A stretch of 58,744 bases of DNA from a virus. Lineage: Duplodnaviria; Caudoviricetes. A program made the position numbers and the translations under genes. The first letter of the stretch is position 1. Each line of letters starts with the position of its first letter. Positions 54,467 to 58,744 of this stretch are shown in pieces. The stretch spans positions 1-58,744 of IMG/VR virus record IMGVR_UViG_3300032282_001014, one strand, 5' to 3'. Below the pieces are notes generated by a model. It was not told the origin of the DNA. It ran no database searches and worked only from the letters and a program-made list of their open reading frames with translations.

Positions 54467-56116
54467 ATGAGTAATTACCCAGGACGAATCATCACGAGAA
54501 ATCCAATAACAATATCTACTACTCAAGCGTCGGGTGTGTGGACATTGCAACAGGCTTTACAATCTATAAAAAGCGGAGTATGGCCAGGAATTGGCTCGAC
54601 TATTATACAAAGTTTTACTGCTTCTGGTAGCTGGACTGCACCTTCTGGTGTTACGCAGATTGACTACTTAGTTGTAGGTGGCGGCGGTGGAGGTTCTCAA
54701 GATATTGCAGGAGGTGGCGGGGGTGGTGGCTTTAGAACAGGTACGGGTTTAACGGTTATTCCTGGCACTACGTATGCTATAACTGTGGGGGCAGGAGGTA
54801 GAGGTAGCATTGCTACTGGTAATGGAAATCTAGGAGCAAGCGGGGGTGCTTCAGTATTTAGCAGTATTATTTCTTCTGGCGGTGCTCGTTCTGGAAATTA
54901 TTTAATGATTCCCGCAGATGGCGCTTCTGGTGGGGGGGCAGGTAGTGTGGCTCCTCGTACTGGTGGTTTAGGTAATGTTCCAAGCGCACCTTCTGCGGGT
55001 GGTTACACGGCTCCTGCTGTTGCATACCAAGGGTTTAATGGTGGTAATAGCGATGGTAGCGCTGCTGGCGGAGGCGGTGGCGCTGCCGGTCTTGGTAGCA
55101 ATAATAGTGGTTTTACAGGGGGCGCTGGCGGTGCTGGTCAGATAACAACTATTTCTGGTTCCCCAGGAACTTATTATGCCGGCGGCGGTGGTGGAGGGGG
55201 CGATAGCCGTTACGGTGGTGGAAATAGTGCCGGTGGGGTTGGCGGTGGCGGGGCTGGGGCTGGCTCATCGGCATCTGGAACAAACGGTACTGCCAATACT
55301 GGCGGCGGGGGTGGGGGTGGCAGAGAAAATAGTAGTGCAGGAGGCGCTGGCGGCAGTGGTATAGTAATTATTAAATACGTAGCTCCTGTTATTAGCTCTG
55401 TTACTTTTAACTTTTCGCAGTCATATACTATACCTGCTGGCGTTGTTAGCGTAGATTATTTACTCGTTGGTGGTGGTGGCGGTGGGTCGGGTGGCGGTGG
55501 CGGTGCAGGCGGTTTCCTTTCTGGTACGGCATTTCCCGTCACTGCTGGAAGCACAACAACTGTTGAAGTCGGTGGCGGCGGTAATTATAATTCTCAAGGT
55601 ACAGGTGACGCCTCTCCTGGGACAGATTCTGTGTTTTACACGTTAAGAGCTTTTGGTGGCGGTGGCGGTGCAGGGGGTTACAGATTCTCTGTGGGTATGA
55701 GTGGAGGTTCTGGCGGCGGTGGTAGCATGGGATCTGGCTCAGTAGGTAACGCTCAAGGTGGCGGCGCAGTGGCTGGGCAAGGTAACAACGGCGGCGCAGC
55801 AACTGGAAGCAGTAATCCTGGGTGGATATCTGGCGGCGGTGGTGGGGCGGGTGGCGTTGGGGGTTCTGCTTTAAGCTGGAACACGGGTAATGAGTCTCCG
55901 TTTGGTCCACTAGGGGGTCCTGGTTTATCTTCAGCAATTACTGGTCAATCTGTGGTGTACGCTGCAGGCGGTCAAGCGTATTATTCAAACACAGTAAGTG
56001 CCAACGCTGCTGATAATTCAGGTAACGGTGGTGGCGGTTCTAGAGGTCAAAACTCTATAACTAACGGATGGGTCGGCGGCTCGGGTAGAGTTATTATCAA
56101 ACTAAATTACAGTTAA
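54467..56116 (+). CDS. glycine-rich tail fibre / receptor-binding protein 2 (two tandem Gly-rich domains)
   Basis: SGVWTLQQA N-terminus; two DYLxVGGGG...GGSGxVIIK units. Confidence 0.75.
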   Translation: MSNYPGRIITRNPITISTTQASGVWTLQQALQSIKSGVWPGIGSTIIQSFTASGSWTAPSGVTQIDYLVVGGGGGGSQDIAGGGGGGGFRTGTGLTVIPGTTYAITVGAGGRGSIATGNGNLGASGGASVFSSIISSGGARSGNYLMIPADGASGGGAGSVAPRTGGLGNVPSAPSAGGYTAPAVAYQGFNGGNSDGSAAGGGGGAAGLGSNNSGFTGGAGGAGQITTISGSPGTYYAGGGGGGGDSRYGGGNSAGGVGGGGAGAGSSASGTNGTANTGGGGGGGRENSSAGGAGGSGIVIIKYVAPVISSVTFNFSQSYTIPAGVVSVDYLLVGGGGGGSGGGGGAGGFLSGTAFPVTAGSTTTVEVGGGGNYNSQGTGDASPGTDSVFYTLRAFGGGGGAGGYRFSVGMSGGSGGGGSMGSGSVGNAQGGGAVAGQGNNGGAATGSSNPGWISGGGGGAGGVGGSALSWNTGNESPFGPLGGPGLSSAITGQSVVYAAGGQAYYSNTVSANAADNSGNGGGGSRGQNSITNGWVGGSGRVIIKLNYS

Positions 56117-56119
56117 TTT

Positions 56120-56377
56120 ATGGATACTAAAATTTATCAATTCTACGGTATTGACACAGCTATGGCTTTATTGCGTCCTAACGCTAAGTGGGAGATTAGT
56201 AACACCACGTTTACACGTTGGGAAGATCCACGTCCATGTCCTAGCATGGAAGAAGTATTAGAGACGATGGAGAAGATAAAAGCTTTTGAGGACAGTATCA
56301 ATACGATCTGGACTGAAGAGCAGTTAGAAAAAATGCTTGGGCAGCAGAAAATATATGACAAAGCGGTGAACGGATGA
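56120..56377 (+). CDS. fibre-associated small protein (chaperone-like)
   Basis: AMALLRPNAKW...WEDPRPCPSMEEV; follows the fibre genes. Confidence 0.55.
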   Translation: MDTKIYQFYGIDTAMALLRPNAKWEISNTTFTRWEDPRPCPSMEEVLETMEKIKAFEDSINTIWTEEQLEKMLGQQKIYDKAVNG

Positions 56378-56982
56378 ATATAAACAGTTTATTTCCGACA
56401 GCTGTTGGCTTTTCTAAGTTAGATCGTGAGTTAACTGGAGAAGAATTAAAATTTATCAAAGAGCAAGCTCGTCATGCTAACGAAGGTAATACTACTAGCG
56501 ATAACAGAATTATTTTGAAATCTGCTGAGATGACAGAGATTCGTGAGTTTATTGAAGACGCAATGCTTAATTATTTTAAGTCGGTATATGCGCCTAAGTT
56601 TGACGTAACTCCTTATATTACTCAGAGCTGGGCTAATTTTACTGATCCTGGTCAGTTTCATCACAGACATGCTCATCCGAATAGTTTTATTTCTGGTGTG
56701 TTCTACCCGCAAGCCGATAGAGAAATAGATAAAATTTATTTTTACAAAGACGGTTACGAAAGAATTAAATTTCCTGCTGCTGAGTACAATCAACATAATT
56801 CAGAAAGCTGGTGGTATGAGACAGGTACTGGTGATTTGATTATTTTTCCGTCTAACCTGACGCATATGGTGCAGACAAAGCAGGGTGATGAAACACGTAT
56901 TAGTATTTCATTCAATACGTTTTTAAAAGGTTATATTGGTTCAGACGAAAGTTTGACAGGTTTACATTTAGGAGAAGAGTAA
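56374..56982 (+). CDS. 2OG-Fe(II) oxygenase-like protein (TIGR02466 type)
   Basis: SLFPT, ITQSWAN, HRHAHPNSFISGVFY, LIIFPSNLTHMV, RISISFN. Confidence 0.8.
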   Translation: MNINSLFPTAVGFSKLDRELTGEELKFIKEQARHANEGNTTSDNRIILKSAEMTEIREFIEDAMLNYFKSVYAPKFDVTPYITQSWANFTDPGQFHHRHAHPNSFISGVFYPQADREIDKIYFYKDGYERIKFPAAEYNQHNSESWWYETGTGDLIIFPSNLTHMVQTKQGDETRISISFNTFLKGYIGSDESLTGLHLGEE

Positions 56983-57338
56983 TGGCACATTTTGCTGAAC
57001 TGGATAGCAATAACATCGTATTGCGTGTAATCGTAGTGGACAACAAAGACACCGCAGACGCTAACGGTGTTGAAAAAGAATATATCGGTGCTGCGTTCTG
57101 CGAACGCTTACTTGGTGGCACATGGAAACAGACCAGCTACAACGGAAACAAGCGTAAGAACTACGCCGGTGTTGGCTATACTTATCGTTCAGATATAGAT
57201 GCTTTTATTCCTCCACAGCCATACCCAAGCTGGGCGCTAGATTCTGATGCGCAATGGCAACCGCCAGTGGCTATGCCTACAGATAGTATGTATAAATGGG
57301 ATGAAACCACAACATCGTGGATCCGCTTACCCTCTTAG
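56982..57338 (+). CDS. conserved fibre-associated protein
   Basis: MAHFAELD...WKQTSYN...RKNYAGVGYTY..DAFIPPQPYPSW. Confidence 0.7.
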   Translation: MAHFAELDSNNIVLRVIVVDNKDTADANGVEKEYIGAAFCERLLGGTWKQTSYNGNKRKNYAGVGYTYRSDIDAFIPPQPYPSWALDSDAQWQPPVAMPTDSMYKWDETTTSWIRLPS

Positions 57339-58027
57339 CCGCTGCTAATGCCGCTGTTGTTGCGGTAAAGAAGGGATGCCAGTTATACAAAGACATTAAA
57401 AGCGCAAGCGGAGATGTTAGTGTAATACTAAAAGATTTACAAGAACAGTATCACAAACTAGTAGACCCAACACCCCAGCAGAAGATGCAGTATAACGCTG
57501 AGGTTCAAAGGGTGCAGGAAATTGCCAAGACAGACCCCAACGACGTTTATACAGAAATCGGTAATCAGTTGGGTTTGTTGATGGATGCTTACGATGTGCT
57601 GAGTAAAGCATTATTGCAGGAAGAGCTTTCAGGTAAGAAAGTTTATAAAGGTGAAGAAAGTGTAGGTCGTCGTGCTTTGCGTAGAATCCTTATCACAGCT
57701 AGACTAGATGCGATGCTGGCTGAAATACGCGAAACAATGGTCTACCAAGCGCCCAAAGAACTAGGTGCGTTGTGGGGTAAGTTTGAGACGATGTGGAAGC
57801 GTATTGTAGCCGAGCAAGAAGCAGCACATGTCGAAGAACTTAAGCAGAATCAGGTTGCAAAATGGCGACGGGCAAATATAAGAAAAAAGCTCAAGGAACA
57901 ACTAACGTCAGTAATCGCGGTGCTGTTCATAATGTTATGGTTCGTATGGGTAATGATACTGATAAGGACGAGCCACACGTACCATGGACTTTACTCGTCA
58001 CCGTCTTGGTACTGTGTCTTGTGTTAG
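57317..58027 (+). CDS. coiled-coil membrane protein upstream of the lysis genes
   Basis: GTG start MDPLTLLAAA; long helices; C-terminal TM segment. Confidence 0.6.
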   Translation: MDPLTLLAAANAAVVAVKKGCQLYKDIKSASGDVSVILKDLQEQYHKLVDPTPQQKMQYNAEVQRVQEIAKTDPNDVYTEIGNQLGLLMDAYDVLSKALLQEELSGKKVYKGEESVGRRALRRILITARLDAMLAEIRETMVYQAPKELGALWGKFETMWKRIVAEQEAAHVEELKQNQVAKWRRANIRKKLKEQLTSVIAVLFIMLWFVWVMILIRTSHTYHGLYSSPSWYCVLC

Positions 58028-58161
58028 TGATAGCGTTACCTATTATGGGTATCATGTATATGGACATGAACAACGCTACGATTGCAGCGATGCAGGAAGT
58101 AAAGAAAATGCGTGAGTTACGTGCAAAAATACTTTTAGAAATACAGGAAAAGCAGAAATGA
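57862..58161 (+). CDS. single-TM protein (start uncertain)
   Basis: TM WTLLVTVLVLCLVLVIALPIMGIMY followed by a coiled coil. Confidence 0.5.
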   Translation: MATGKYKKKAQGTTNVSNRGAVHNVMVRMGNDTDKDEPHVPWTLLVTVLVLCLVLVIALPIMGIMYMDMNNATIAAMQEVKKMRELRAKILLEIQEKQK

Positions 58162-58298
58162 TTCCTATCATCGATACGTTGTTTGGCACACTTGCTATTG
58201 CGCTACCAATTATGTGTGTCATGTATATAGACGAAGTGATAAAGAAGATGCGTGAGTTACGCGCTAAGATAATGTTACAAATGCAGGGGGAACAATGA
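58158..58298 (+). CDS. 46-aa chimeric mini-ORF (holin-like start plus the end of the 57862 gene)
   Basis: MIPIIDTLFGTLAIALPIMCVMYIDEVIKKMRELRAKIMLQMQGEQ; ATGA overlaps on both sides. Confidence 0.45.
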   Translation: MIPIIDTLFGTLAIALPIMCVMYIDEVIKKMRELRAKIMLQMQGEQ

Positions 58299-58555
58299 AC
58301 TGGTCAGACGCACTTAAAGCAATTGTGCCTATTGTGGTTGCAAGCCTAGCTTGGCTGCTTGGCGAGGTCGGTTCGTTCAATACCCGTCTGACTAAAATTG
58401 AAGGCTCTATGCCAGCGTTGATTACTCCACAGGGTGTGCCTACTGACAGCCCTATATCCGCAGAACGTCGGCATGCAATGAAGGAAGAAATATACAAAGA
58501 TCTGCATGACCTTCAGGTTCGTATTAAGTTGATGGAAGAAAGGGTTAAGAAATGA
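58295..58555 (+). CDS. lysis-module membrane protein (homologue of 549-809)
   Basis: 76/86 aa identical to 549-809. Confidence 0.7.
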   Translation: MNWSDALKAIVPIVVASLAWLLGEVGSFNTRLTKIEGSMPALITPQGVPTDSPISAERRHAMKEEIYKDLHDLQVRIKLMEERVKK

Positions 58556-58744
58556 TTCCTATTATCGGTGCGCTGCTTGGCACACTTGCTGAAAGTGGAC
58601 TAGGTTTATTGTCTAGTGCTATTCAAGCAAAAGGCAAAGAAGTTGTTGAGAACACGCTTGGCATTAAGATTCCAGACAACCCTACTCCTGCGGATGTTGA
58701 AAAACTACGTCAGCTCCAATACGACCATGAAGAACGATTACTAG
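58552..58744 (+). CDS. 5' part of the putative holin; continues at 999 if the contig is circularised
   Basis: MIPIIGALLGTLAESG...; the last 103 bp equal 896-998. Confidence 0.75.
   Translation, partial: MIPIIGALLGTLAESGLGLLSSAIQAKGKEVVENTLGIKIPDNPTPADVEKLRQLQYDHEERLL

Noticed and set aside
52842-56116. Gly-rich paralogous segments as DGR template/variable repeats
   Set aside because: No reverse transcriptase in the genome and no near-identical pair differing only at adenines was seen; similarity is at the protein level
56374-56982. 2OG-Fe(II) oxygenase as a TET/JBP base oxidase
   Set aside because: Motifs are TIGR02466-like (HxH, RISISFN) rather than TET/JBP HxD, and the context is tail fibres; hmdU is already explained by the TS homologue
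58642-58744. Terminal repeat as a biological direct terminal repeat
   Set aside because: The match is to an internal position (896-998) in the middle of the holin gene and is of assembly-overlap size; better explained as circular closure
1-58744. tRNA genes, integrase/att site, RNA polymerase, introns or inteins
   Set aside because: None recognised by eye; intergenic gaps are short and the polymerase, terL and helicase are uninterrupted and of ordinary length. tRNAscan and HMM searches were not run

Overview
Near-complete genome (about 57.7 kb circle plus a ~0.9 kb branch at the 5' end) of a tailed dsDNA phage with podovirus-type organisation. No integrase, tRNA or CRISPR array is visible. 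The plus strand carries the packaging, head, tail-fibre, lysis and ejection modules (33259-58744, then 549-13568). The minus strand (13599-25922) carries a replication/recombination operon with a family-B-like DNA polymerase and a thymidine hypermodification cluster: dUMP hydroxymethylase, P-loop 5-hmdU kinase, two HhH-type amino-acid:DNA transferase/aGPT-Pplase proteins, a PLP enzyme, an HD hydrolase and DUF3310. No radical-SAM enzyme is visible in that cluster. A divergent early plus-strand operon encodes an SF2 helicase, a primase-polymerase/helicase and a secreted-protein/lipoprotein pair. The most unusual signals are (i) the hypermodification cluster; (ii) a 1348-aa protein between terL and portal, punctuated by [FYM]xxGG motifs that recur in three other probable virion proteins and bracket an outer-membrane beta-barrel-like module; (iii) a 3.1-kb A/T-tract-free zone starting in terS next to an inverted-repeat cluster; and (iv) several repeated operators and candidate structured RNA leaders. 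Family assignments are motif recognition by eye, not database results.
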